A stretch of DNA of 64,000 nucleotides, taken from NCBI RefSeq assembly GCF_001194135.2, contig NC_068997.1, positions 6,651,387-6,715,386 on the forward strand, read 5' to 3'. Both the position numbers and the translations under genes were made by a program. This stretch comes from Octopus bimaculoides. Its lineage: Eukaryota. Shown here one piece after another: positions 13,271 to 24,620 of the stretch. The stretch's first letter is position 1. Each line of letters opens with the position of its first letter. The notes beneath the pieces are model-generated. The model was not told where the DNA came from and made no database searches. It was given only the letters and a program-made list of their open reading frames with translations.

Positions 13271-14439
13271 ATAATGTTTCTGGAATAGCTCCACCTACCT
13301 CATCATCATTATTTCATCATCATCATCATCATACACACATATTTGTCAAATAAGAAAACTTTCCCAGTCAAGCCAACCGAATGAAGCCTCTTATCCAGAT
13401 ACTCTATCTCCTTTCTTCTCAAGCAGTAAATGTCTAACAAAACACATTCCTGCAATTATTATCCAACTTTTCAAAGCTTGCATGAACAAAATATTTTGAA
13501 AAACATAGTGCAATGTAAGTTTGGCAACATTAGAGGATGTCTCCCTCTCTTTTAATAACACCAAACAAAATTGCTAGTGTGCCTCTACAAGGTCAATTGA
13601 CCTGTTAGAAATAGTAGCCACATCTCCTTCAAATCACTACAACCTACCTTTATTCAATGTCGAAATTCTGAAAGTAGCTGTAAACAATTCAGTCTCTTTG
13701 ATGGAAATCTTATGGTAATTACAAATAAATGATACTAACAAATGCAGAGCCCACAAGACTTCTGCTTTCATCACTTACTGACCATGTCTACAAAGCTGAA
13801 GTGTGACCCTCACAAGAATACAGTGCACAGGTGAATGGCCAAACTCACACCCCCAAACATTGCCCAATTCCAAAATGAAATTAATGGACTTATTGATAAC
13901 AATTCCAGCAAATGTTCTCTCTATTACTTCAAGAAAGGCTTTTGTTTATGTAAACAAGCAAACTGCTCGAGTGTCATCAGAACACCTCTGCCTTGTTGTT
14001 GTTTGTTATTCCAACTTTCTCTCACTGGAACTCACTCCTTGCCCAAAAGACAAGTTCAAGCTGAATACCAATATGTCAAATCTACCTAAGGTCAAGGGAA
14101 CTCTCTCCCTTATAAATGATAATAATGATGATAAACCAACAACGATGAAGAGGATCTGGAATGTACTACACATACAAGAAGAGTTAAAAGAGCACTCAAA
14201 AGAGAATGCTTATGAGCTGCTATAAACAACTCACTGGTTGTAGACAGCTTTGATATCTAGGAAATCTAATTAGAACTGGAAATGGTTGTATGGAGACGCT
14301 CTAAGAAAAGAGATGGAACTAGTTAAAAAGGTTGAAAACAAGACAGACAATATGAAGTATGTGAAAATGTGTTGTGCTGGGTGGGTGTGACAATCTGGAA
14401 ACCCAGTCTTAAATTCCTTCATTATGACTTAAGGGATTA

Positions 14440-14780
14440 TGATAAATAGACGAGGACTGAGAATCAAGTTCTGGTGGGTCCCTACCTGTATACCGAATTC
14501 ATTGCAGTACTTACTGCTAATTCTTGTCTTGCAGACAGTTCCTCCGTGCATGGTTTTTACGACTTTCACAAGTCACTTATTTACTCCAAGCATTCTCAGA
14601 GACCACCAGATCACACAGAAAGGAAGGATTTCTCTAAGTCAACAAACGCCAAATACAACAGCTTACTTTTAGCTATATACTTCTGCTGCAGTTGCCTTAT
14701 TATAAAAGAGAGCACCAGTAGGATTTCTACCTGGCAGAAAACCAAACTGTATCTCATCTACGAGAATTCTCATACATCAT
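14440..14780 (-). mobile_element. Degenerate RTE LINE RT fragment
   Basis: Nucleotide similarity to the RT remnant at ~55290-55390 (ttctcagagaccaccagatcacacag vs ttctcagagaccaccacatcacagag). Confidence 0.45.
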
Positions 14781-15129
14781 TAAATGAGCTGACCTTTCGT
14801 GACCTGGTCCAGCAACTGATACTCTTGTAGTTACTTCTCTCTCAGACATCTCCTTTACTCCTGCAACCATTGACTATAATGCTGCTATACCAGTCATTAG
14901 ATACAACACATCACTGCTTGATTAACTATATAAGTAAAGGCTAGATATTTTAAGTATCTCAGTAGTAGTTCTTGATGTATCAGTAAATTCCCTTGCAGGT
15001 CCCTCAGCTGAGTTGGGAAAACTCTCTTTCTCCCATGCATTTCCTTTTTATATTTAAAATCCTTTCATAATACTGGTTCCAAACCTTTTTCTTTTCAGAA
15101 CCAGAGAGTGCAAAGTGTGTCATTATCCA

Positions 15130-15405
15130 TCCAGGGATCGTTGCCAGTGCCCCTGGACTGGCTCTTGTGCGGGTGGCACATAAAAGACACCATTTCGAGC
15201 GTGGCCGTTTTCGTGCGGGTGACACGTAAAAGCACCCACTACACTCTCTGAGTGGTTGGCGTTAGGAAGGGCATCCAGCTGTAGAAACTCTGCCAAATTG
15301 GATTGGAGCCTGGTGTTGCCGTCCGGTTTCACCAGTCCTCAGTCAAATTGTCCAACCCATGCTAGCATGGAAAGCGGACGTTAAACGACGATGACGACGA
15401 CGACG
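15130..15405 (+). repeat. Young (GAT/GAC)n-tailed SINE copy
   Basis: Near-identical to 5290-5578. Confidence 0.85.
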
Positions 15406-15409
15406 ACAA

Positions 15410-15985
15410 ACTTCTCACCCTCAACAGCTTGATTCTCTCTGATACACTGCCTTGCAATCTGGAATATTTCATGCAGAACACTGACAAAATTCTTACCTTC
15501 TGTCTCTCCCTTTGCTAATTAAACCTGTCACCTAGCTTCTCTTCTAGCTACCTGATACAATTCTCTGCTGACGCCATTATTCCAAGCTTATCTTTGACTT
15601 TTATAGTTTTGTCTGCCTTACTATTCCACCACCATATCACACTCAGTCTGTTTGGAACTTTGCACCAGCCACAGAGTTGGTCTATAGTCCTCAGCAGGTT
15701 GTCCCATAGGATCTTCCACTTTTTGTCTACGTTATATGTATCTTTCTTCTCTTACTTTTCAACAAATAATTCAACCAGCACTTCTCTAAATTTCCAACTG
15801 TTTAAAAGGTTTTTAAGCTTCCATAATTTGCTTTTCCAGACTGCTTTGTGCGTCTGAATCCTTCTAGCCCTAAGTCTAAAGTTATTATCCGCCATCCTAT
15901 GTTGGGACATACATTACATTCTATCCCATTTTCAAGTAAGAATGTACTCAATCTGGCTGGTGTACTCACCAGAGTAACAGGGGAT
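15410..15985 (-). mobile_element. Degenerate RTE LINE fragment (endonuclease C-terminus and linker)
   Basis: Minus strand reads ...SGEYTSQIEYIL... and DQLCGWCKVP...WWWN...RELYQVARREAR; homologous to 24200-24415(+). Confidence 0.7.
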
Positions 15986-16189
15986 CAGGTAGCTGGTTGG
16001 CTGGCTGGTTGGCTGGCTGGTTTCCTGTAGCAAATGTTGCAGGTCAACAAGTCATTTGCATCACAGAACTCCAGCAGCCTTGTTCTCAGTTATATTTTTC
16101 AGTACAAATATGGGATATCATTACTCTTTATAGTTAAAATTACCAACTTAAAAATGGGACAACGTTATTATTTACATACTTGTTACATT

Positions 16190-16500
16190 TATTAATTTAT
16201 ATGCAGGATACTACTTCTGTTTATACTGCTTCTATTTATACAGTTACATTTATCATTGCTATTTAAAAAGCTGTTATATTTATCAATGCTATTCCTCTCT
16301 CAAATTTATTATGTGCTATTTATAGTTACAATCATCAGTGCTATGTTATATTCATCACAGTTATTTATATAGCCATATATTCATTCATCAGCACTTTTTA
16401 AATAAGTGATAATAATATCATCATATTTATCAGTGTTATTTATACACTTATGTTTATCAGTTTATACAGTTCCTACATTTCAATGATTAGTATATACCTA
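16190..16500 (+). repeat. Degenerate AT-rich minisatellite-like tract
   Basis: Recurring gttacatttatcagtgctatttataca-like units. Confidence 0.45.
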
Positions 16501-16736
16501 GGAAACAAAAATGATTGATGCAGTCTCCTCTGGTTTATTGCATTGTTATAATAATGGTATTGCCCCACAGAGCTGGCTTACTTTGTTCACTTCCATTCAG
16601 AATAATTTACCCAACATTACCCCACATTCTTCCTATCTTATAATAAGTTACAGATCTATTATGAAGCAGTAACTACAATCTTTCCTCGCTGGAATGGTTT
16701 AAGCAACCAAACAAAGTTTTCCCCTAAAAAGAGAGA

Positions 16737-16810
<74 letters not shown>

Positions 16811-16873
16811 NNNNNNNNNNNNNNNNNNNNNNNNNNNNNNNNNNNNNNNNNNNNNNNNNNNNNNNNNNNNNNN
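16811..16873. other. Assembly gap (N), between (GA)n and poly-T
   Basis: Run of N. Confidence 1.
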
Positions 16874-17071
16874 TTTTTTTTTTTTTTTTTTTTGTATAAA
16901 GCTTGATCAAAACTCGATCCGAACATGATTAAACTACATGCTTTATATCATGGGAAGAAATTAATAAGTTACTCGTCTATTGCAGAAAAAAAAAAAAAAA
17001 GAATTATTGAGTTCTATGAAATTAAATTGGACTGATACACAAAACATAGACTAAAAATACTTCATACATAC

Positions 17072-17206
17072 CATCCTGAAAGACACGTTCGACATTGAGT
17101 CCGTATGTTGCACAGGTTTCATAATATGTACATCTTTTCAAATCTATTGCAAGTTTACGGGCCCTTACATCATCAATCACACGTGGATTGCTTTCACTGA
17201 TGGCAT
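17072..17206 (-). CDS. AGAP1: AGAP-like coding exon, 135 nt: (D)[44 protein letters not shown](A)
   Basis: Acceptor taatttttag| and donor G|gtatgt; phase 1 to 1; highly conserved AGAP motif. Confidence 0.96.
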
Positions 17207-17458
17207 CTAAAAATTAACATAATTTTAAAGTAGCATAAAATTAGGAATTACATTACAATATAATGGTTTCAAAATTTCATTCAGAATTTTAAAATTCATT
17301 ATGTAAATTAATGCTTGATTTCAATGACTTAAATGTCACTTCAGTTAGAATAAAGGGAGACAGGAAATAGCTAAAATGACAAAAACATTTAAATAATTAT
17401 GGTTTTTTTCTGTAAACAAAAATACAGAAAATAGCACCATGTAGTAAATAATAATATA

Positions 17459-17524
17459 AAGATAGTATTCTTTGAGATCTAAGACTACAAAGATAGTATT
17501 CTTTGAGATCCAAGACTACAAAGA
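17459..17524 (+). repeat. 31-bp tandem duplication
   Basis: aagatagtattctttgagatc(t/c)aagactaca x2. Confidence 0.9.
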
Positions 17525-18179
17525 AAGATTATTAAATAATATGCTAGCAGATTCAATACATTAAAATTTTAATTGCTTATAGAAAAGAGCTTGTATATTG
17601 TATTCAGCAGAAGTCTAAGATTCCACAGAATAAGATAGGAGTGCTACAAGAAACTTAGCGAAGGACAAAAGGGTGCATAGATTTCAAGTGGCAGAGTGTT
17701 TTCCAAAGTCTAGTTGAAGTAAAAGTGAGGTAAAGAGATTTTTCAAGTCAGAATTTCTTTGAGATATATTTAAAATTCAGATCCTAGAGGCTTGAAAAAG
17801 TTCAAAACCATCTGGTATACAGAACCAAGAATGAATTGAGAACTTTGCTATTTATTTAGAATATTTAATTTCTATAGAGTGTACATTCATTTTCTTAGTT
17901 TATTTACTTAATTTTTAGTTTAAAAGTCATTAGTTCTATTTATATTTCAGCTGAAAAAATAGTCATTTGGCATTAGTGGTTTAAAAAGAGAGAAAAAAGT
18001 TTAAATGAATAATAAAAAACATAACCTTTTAGCTAATTATCATTTAAGAAATTTGAAGTTAATTCTCTCCTCAAAGCTTCATGCCACTCATTTTCTTCTA
18101 AGTATTTTAAAACATTTTGGTAAATATCTTTTCATATTGGTTAGCAGAAACTATGGCCAGAATTTAATAGTTATTCTAA

Positions 18180-18392
18180 TTATGGTTTCAAATTTTGCCA
18201 CAAGGGCAGCAATTTTAGGGGAAGGGATGAGTCAATTACATCAATGCCAGTGTTTAACTGATACTTATTTTAGTGGGCTCCTGAAGGATGAAAGATAAAG
18301 TTGACCTCGGCAGAATTTGAACTCAGAACGTAACAATGGGTGAAATACCACTAAGCATTCCATCCAGCACCTAACGATTCTGCCAGCTTAAT
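18180..18392 (-). repeat. tRNA-derived SINE, second family (other copies at approx. 9220-9420(-), 25700-25905(-), 44005-44150(+))
   Basis: Minus strand has A-box tggcagaatcgtta and B-box gagttcaaattc, then gccgaggtcaactttatctttcatcc..., which resembles the Meta-type central domain (family name tentative). Confidence 0.7.
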
Positions 18393-19000
18393 ATTTATTC
18401 TAATAATGAAACAACTTTCCAATTTTTGATAATAAACTATAAAAGAAGCAAGAAAGGCAATATCCCTTAAGTTGTTGATTTGGCTATTTCTTTCCAGTGT
18501 CTTTCATATAAATCTAAATACATCTATAATTTTACCGAAGCTAAGCAAATTAAATATATTTTCTATCAGAACTTGTTATGTGATATTTACCTTTCTTTCT
18601 TCTGTTCATGTAGATCATATTGTAACAATTCAGACCAATGTTTTGGAAGATCATTCCTCCTTTCCTGCCTACTTCTGTGAACCCCCAACCCTGCTAAGTT
18701 CAACATAAACATCAACAAATCTTAATACCATATGACAACATCAGATATTCAATCATCATACTTTTATGTTGTTTGCTGAAGTGCATCAGAAAAGTTGTGC
18801 TATTAAAATTAAACTTATCAATATTACCATATCTAATAATTTTAAGAACATTTTCAGAACAAGTCGTCATGGAAATCAAATAATGGAGGTGTTATCCAGC
18901 ATGAATTTACAAGGAGGATACTGATACAAGTTTGTGGGACCAAATTTGAACATTTCATAAGTCTTATGACTCAAAATATGGAGATAAATCTAATCTTTAA

Positions 19001-19206
19001 GCCTTTAGCATTCAGGTTAATCTGTCACATGTAATACTTATTTGTTCACATTGTTTTGAATCAATCATGCATTATCTTGTAACTTTGAGATTTTGATGAC
19101 ATGATTGTTTATTTTTAGAATGACATAGTAGGGTAGGTGTGAAAGGTCAGATCATACAATAGATAGAATGCTTGGGCCTGATATGGCTGGTTTAAATGCT
19201 AAAGGG
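19001..19206. mobile_element. piggyBac-type MITE, 206 bp
   Basis: TTAA at 18997-19000 and 19207-19210; TIR (g/c)cctttagcatt ... aatgctaaaggg. Confidence 0.75.
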
Positions 19207-20060
19207 TTAACATAGATATTAGTAAATACTATATTCATTTACATCAGTAAATGCTATAATAACTTTAACATAAAATGCTACAAGAAAAAATTAAATAACG
19301 AAAATAAAACTATCTGCCATTGAATAGTGTGCAAATTACAAGAATTAGTATTAAGCAGACATTTCTGATTGGAAAGATCCAATGCAAGTCAAACAGTCAA
19401 ATCCCATGAAAGAATAATAATAAAAAAATCCTTGAAGAGTTGTATAACCGAGAATTATTCACTCCAGATTTCTGAAGATAGGAAAATAAAAGTCTTCTTC
19501 AATAAATGAGGTGCAAAGTAGAATAGATTTTTTCCTGGATTGATGATGAGTGCCTTTCCTTCACCAAAAGTCTAATGCATTCGTGCTGAATACTTTAATA
19601 CTTACCTGATTAGTTTGGCAAAATTCGCTTTCAAGCTGCTAATTCCCAGTTGAATTACACAAGTGCTATTAGTTTGGATCCTTAAAAGAAGTGAAATATC
19701 TGGCTTCTTTATATCATACAAAAACTTAGGAACTCCTATTAGCAGAGATTTCAAATAAAAATTTTATAATAAATAAATCACAAGACCTCAACACCAGTCT
19801 TTCATTCTAACTTTGTCTCCAGTTAAATAAGCCTCCGCCCTTCCCTAAATATGCTCTGGCTGTAATGATTAATTTTTCTGTGCATTATGCAATTCATTTA
19901 TCTATTTTTTTTTATAAACCAGGTTAGAATGCTTCTTTGGTTTAAGAGAAGCTATTGACAAAATAATCAGACAGTATTGAAAGCTTGAAATACTGTCTAA
20001 ATCTAGCATAGGATTCGTTTCTGAGATTTACTCATCTGATTCATTTTATCATTCATAACT

Positions 20061-20061
<1 letters not shown>

Positions 20062-20118
<57 letters not shown>

Positions 20119-20268
20119 CAGCAGCAGTAGTAGTAGTAGCAGTAGCAGCAGCAGCAGTAGTAGTAGCAGCAGTAATAGTAGCAGCAGTAGCAGCAGCAGC
20201 AATAGTAGTAGTAGTAGTAGTAGTAGCAACAGCAGTAGTAGTAGTATCAGTAGCTGTAGTAGCAGCAG

Positions 20269-20307
<39 letters not shown>
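20062..20307 (+). repeat. Compound microsatellite (TAG/CAG)n followed by (GT)n
   Basis: Directly visible; produces poly-Thr/Ala and poly-Leu ORF artefacts. Confidence 0.95.
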
Positions 20308-20308
<1 letters not shown>

Positions 20309-20775
20309 ACGCGTAAGTTTGGCTGTTGTGAACATCAACCTGTCCTTTCCATTTCAAATCGTATCAACTGTAGAGTCTAGCTGTCTAAATAAGTTTAGAA
20401 TAAGCTGCTTAAGTCTTCATGGGTTTACTTCTCCCAACTGACCTCTATGACCAGTATATATCCCCGGTTACCTATCAGAATGATATCACTCAAAACAAAC
20501 GCCATCTCTCTTATAAACACTGATGAATGCATCTGGTGGTAATGGCTTTCTAAAGCCACAAGGTACTTTGCTTTAAACTTCACACCCAATGAATCAAATT
20601 CAGGCCAATAAATAATAACCATTTGGTCCCAATTTTAGAATGCCAACCTTTAAAGAGTTCTTTACTATTCATTGGAATCTCATTTTCTCTGATAACTTTC
20701 TTCAGTTTGTCTATTTACTTCATTATGAAGGCATGTCTCATTATAAAAGTGAAAATGGAATATCTATAAACTTAC

Positions 20776-20917
20776 CCTGTGTCCCCACAAGTATTAAGGG
20801 GATTTCTGTAGGATTACGGTAGTGTGCCATTTTGGCATAATAGCTGTAAACTGCCTGGAAGCTCATTTCATTTTCAAGACTAAATACAAAGATGACTGCA
20901 TCCACCCATTGAGTAAA
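20776..20917 (-). CDS. AGAP1: AGAP-like coding exon, 142 nt: [47 protein letters not shown](D)
   Basis: Acceptor tattttacag| and donor G|gtaagt; phase 0 to 1; the atypical G4 motif GTQD spans the next intron. Confidence 0.96.
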
Positions 20918-23239
20918 CTGTAAAATACAACAGAAAATAAGTAAACAAAAATTTCATTTTCTTGAAGAATTTAACTGACAATCTCCTTAGTTGGGTCAGA
21001 AACTTAAACCATAGAATCAGAAGTCATAATGCCTGTTGATATTATATTATCTGTTCATTTGAAAAGCATTAGAGTTACTCTAATTTATCAATAAAAATAT
21101 CAATTTAGTTCATCAACAGATATTGAAGCAAGTGAAATATCCAATGAATATCGTGAAGGTAGGATACAGAAAATGGCATCAAATGATTAAAAAATGGTAT
21201 TACTAATATATGCAAGGATATAATTTCTCTCTTGCTAAAAAATTATTGTTAATCAGATACAATAACAAATAGAGGGAGTATCCAACTCTATGCCTCACAA
21301 AAAAAGAAGAAAAATCTGACTGAATGAGGAAGACAAGCAATGCTTAGTTGGGCAAATAAAGATTGGATTTTTAAGAAATTAAAAAAGTCAAGAAGAAAAT
21401 ACACGAAAAAGAAGTAGAGTGGAAATATTTATTCTTGTAGCTTTACCTCAATAAATTTCTACTTAAAGCATACATGTGAACTGTTTTTACTAAAACTGAT
21501 GCAAGTTAAAATCATAGAAACCTTACATCAGATCATAGCTCTTAAAATATATCAAGTATGCAACAATATGTAAAGCATGATACATTTAGCTATCTGGAAT
21601 CTGTTCTTAATAATTCCAAAGTTTTGACATAAATTTTCCATTAGTTTAAAGTTTAGAACCTTCTGGGTAAGCTATTATTGACTGGGTGTGCAATGCCTGC
21701 CAACAAAATGATATTGGTACAAATATATGAAGTCCAATATATCCATCATGACTACTCGTCTGATAAGGGTACACCAGGCAAATGCATTGCAACTATATGA
21801 TTGTAAGTCTGCTCAAACAGAGCTGGCCTAGGGTTAAATGATAGATATGATATAGTTAGTTCTATAACCAATATGTTGTATTTACTATTAAATGATAGTC
21901 AGGACTAAAATTGATTTCCTTTATCCAACTATTCTCATGAATTTTATGACTGCTTCCAAAACGAGTCTTGCCTACTGTTAGAATTAAGGGTTAGGCTTTA
22001 AAAGGGCCCATAAAATAAAACTTAACACTACACACAGTACAGTATGATGCTTTGTGGAATTCATGTTAGCTTGTTTGCTACTTGTCTGATATCCTTTCAC
22101 TTTTCCTTTTCCTCATGGTGATCAATTACAAGATGAGGAATACTACGGACTCTTTGGAATTCAAAAATTTAATGAACAGACAAATGACCAACAGATCTGG
22201 ACTTTGTTCTGTTTGGTAAAGAAAAACTAACAAATAGTGCCAAGAAGTGAGCAAAAGTTAATGGATTGTGCAGAAAAGAGAAGTTTCTATATCAGCAATA
22301 AGTATATAAACATTCAAAAAGTGAAATAAAAAGAAAGGATGTTTTTTCAATAAACATGACACTACTTAGAAAAAAAAAAAAAAAGAAAAATGAAACAGTT
22401 TATCAAACCGGTAAGTAACCAGTGAAATGACTAACACAGAAGTGTAGACCTTAAGCCTTGACCAACAGACAGACTCAGTTTGTCACACCAAATTCTGGTC
22501 ATTACCATCAAGCTGAGGTAGTAGGTAATTGCTGTGACAATAACCATCAGAAAATAGAAAAGCACCAAAAGAACTGCTTACATGCTAAATATTAATCTCT
22601 ATAAGATCTTGGGCATCTTTTAGCAGGATCAAACGACCTACAAAGAAGTAATTCAGAATCTAAAACCTCATAGTTGAATATCATTCATTCTTCATTAGTT
22701 TTATTTCCTCCTTGTCTGGTCAAGGTCCCAATTGTAGAATTGTGAGGAGTAGCCTGACAGCATTCCAGGATGACATTACAATATAGAGATGCCTCTCCAC
22801 TTGAGACAAAATTATATTAGGCCCACACAAAAGGTACAAATACTACTGACTAATGGCAGTGTCCCAACAATGTTATATTCTTATATATAAAACATTACAA
22901 AAGTAGATTACATTCGAGTAAGAAACCATTCATTCTTTACAAAATTCTTCCCTTGTGAACCTTCTACCAAGTTGTATCTGTCTTCAGTTACACACTACAC
23001 TAAATATCTTAGTCGTCAATCCAAAGGTCTTATTGTTGAACTTTTAGCAATGAAAATTAAACAATGCTATAACCATAGTTATCCACTTGAATCATCTGAT
23101 CAAGGAGTCCTACATTTTTTTTACTTTTCTTTAGTATACTAGAGTGAAATGTATCACGGTAAAAAATGCAATATGAGAGATTTATGTAGTTTTAATAATA
23201 TGAATTTAAAACAAAAAATTACCTTGCTTGGAACTGAAC

Positions 23240-23341
23240 TCGGAATCTTGGGGTTAGTAGCCCACACTCTTAACCACTACGCCATATGCTTGGGCATATG
23301 GCATAGTGGTTAAGAGTGCGGGCTACTAACCCCAAGATCCC

Positions 23342-23343
<2 letters not shown>
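23240..23343. repeat. Inverted repeat of two head-to-head tRNA-like SINE heads (50-bp arms, 4-nt loop)
   Basis: Arms 23240-23289 and 23294-23343 are 47/50 complementary; each contains ggc(g/a)tagtggttaagag (A-box-like); followed by (TAA)n. Confidence 0.9.

Positions 23344-23407
<64 letters not shown>
23342..23407 (+). repeat. (AAT)n microsatellite
   Basis: Directly visible. Confidence 0.95.
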
Positions 23408-23409
<2 letters not shown>

Positions 23410-23424
23410 TCGAAAAAAAATTAC

Positions 23425-23510
23425 CTGCATTTCTGGTGGACCACCCTCATCTCGTATAAGAAGAAGATAGCTGTGAGCGTCCAGCATTACTTCTTTCTTG
23501 AATCGACCAC
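23425..23510 (-). CDS. AGAP1: AGAP-like coding exon, 86 nt: (G)[28 protein letters not shown]
   Basis: Acceptor cttattccag| and donor CAG|gtaatt; phase 1 to 0; contains the G3 motif DEGG. Confidence 0.96.
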
Positions 23511-23759
23511 CTGGAATAAGATCAGTAAAATATATATAAACTATATTTCATAATAAAGTATTATATAATTACACTGAATATATCAGATCAACACTATTGT
23601 TAATAATAAAATAGTATTTAATTTAAAAAGTAAAGGCAAAGAGCATAAATACAAAGGCTTCAATTAATTTATATGCAGTGAAGATATGTATGAAGGACTT
23701 TTAAATTAAGTTTACGTTCTTGCTTTCCTTAAGATGTAATCACTGAAAGCTTTTACTCT

Positions 23760-24415
23760 ACTGTTGGGCAGTACTCCAATGGATTTCGGAGGCTATGGTT
23801 TTGGTCCTAGAGATGAGGAGGGAACAAGGCTACTGGGGTTATGTGATGCTAATGATGTGATCTGTAACACTGACTTCAGGAAACCTACTAGCCACTTGAC
23901 CACCTATGAATCTGGTAGGCACAAAAGCCAGATTGACTTACATTCTCACCAGAAAACAGGATAGGCAGATGATGCAAAGTCCTTTCCTGGTGAAAAATGT
24001 ACTTCCTAACATAGGTTAGTAGTGAATTCAGATTTAGAGCTAGATGGTCTCAAAGGTGCAAACCAATCTGGAAGTGGAAGAGCTGAGAGACCCTTCAAAC
24101 AAATAAAGATTTAGAGATGTACTAATTAAAGCATCTGACAGAAAGGAGTGGAGGGGGAGGGGGACAGGAAAATTGGAAGTTCTTGCAAAACAATCTAAAG
24201 AGGGCTACAGACCAAAGTTGTGGCTGGTGCAAAATTCCAGTCAGGCTAAGGGTGACATAATGGTGGAACAGGGAAGTGGAGAGAGTAATAAAAGCGAAGA
24301 GGCAAGATTGGAAAGTCTGGAAGAATGGCAGCAGCAGAGAACTTTACCAGGTAGCTAGATGAGAAGCTAAGAGACCAGTCTATTTAGCAAGAGGAGAGGC
24401 AGAAAAGAAGAGGTG
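23760..24415 (+). mobile_element. Degenerate RTE LINE fragment (APE endonuclease)
   Basis: GGYGFGPRDEEGTRLLGLCDANDVICNTDFRKPTSHLTTYESGRHKSQID is a typical RTE endonuclease C-terminal half. Confidence 0.8.
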
Positions 24416-24620
24416 CTATTTACATGCCACCGGCACGGAAGCCAGATAGCTGGTGCTCTGGCAACGATCACGTTTGGACGGTGCTCTTAGTGCTCCACTG
24501 GTACTGGTGCCATCATGATTTCGCTTTCGCTTGCTCCAACAGGTCTTCGCAAGCCGAGTTTAGTGTTCAATGAAAGAGACGTTGGCATGGGTGCCAGTCT
24601 ACAAATTTAGTTCGGTTTCG
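24415..24620 (-). repeat. Head fragment of the (GAT)n-tailed SINE family, following an RTE fragment
   Basis: Reverse complement of the 5040-5400 head (caacaggtcttcgcaagccgagtttagtgttcaatgaa). Confidence 0.7.

Noticed and set aside
13803-14225. 140-aa and 84-aa plus-strand ORFs as a nested gene
   Set aside because: No recognisable domain or splice-compatible partner exons; sits among decayed LINE fragments.
20003-20338. Poly-Thr/Ala and poly-Leu ORFs (also poly-His, poly-Cys and poly-Ile ORFs at 28426, 60498 and 40967)
   Set aside because: Translations of microsatellites or SINE tails.
23285-23345. tRNA gene (CT-ACT-AA anticodon-like loop)
   Set aside because: Truncated or diverged T-arm and acceptor stem, present twice as an inverted pair, and followed by (TAA)n. 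This is a SINE-like head, not a functional tRNA.
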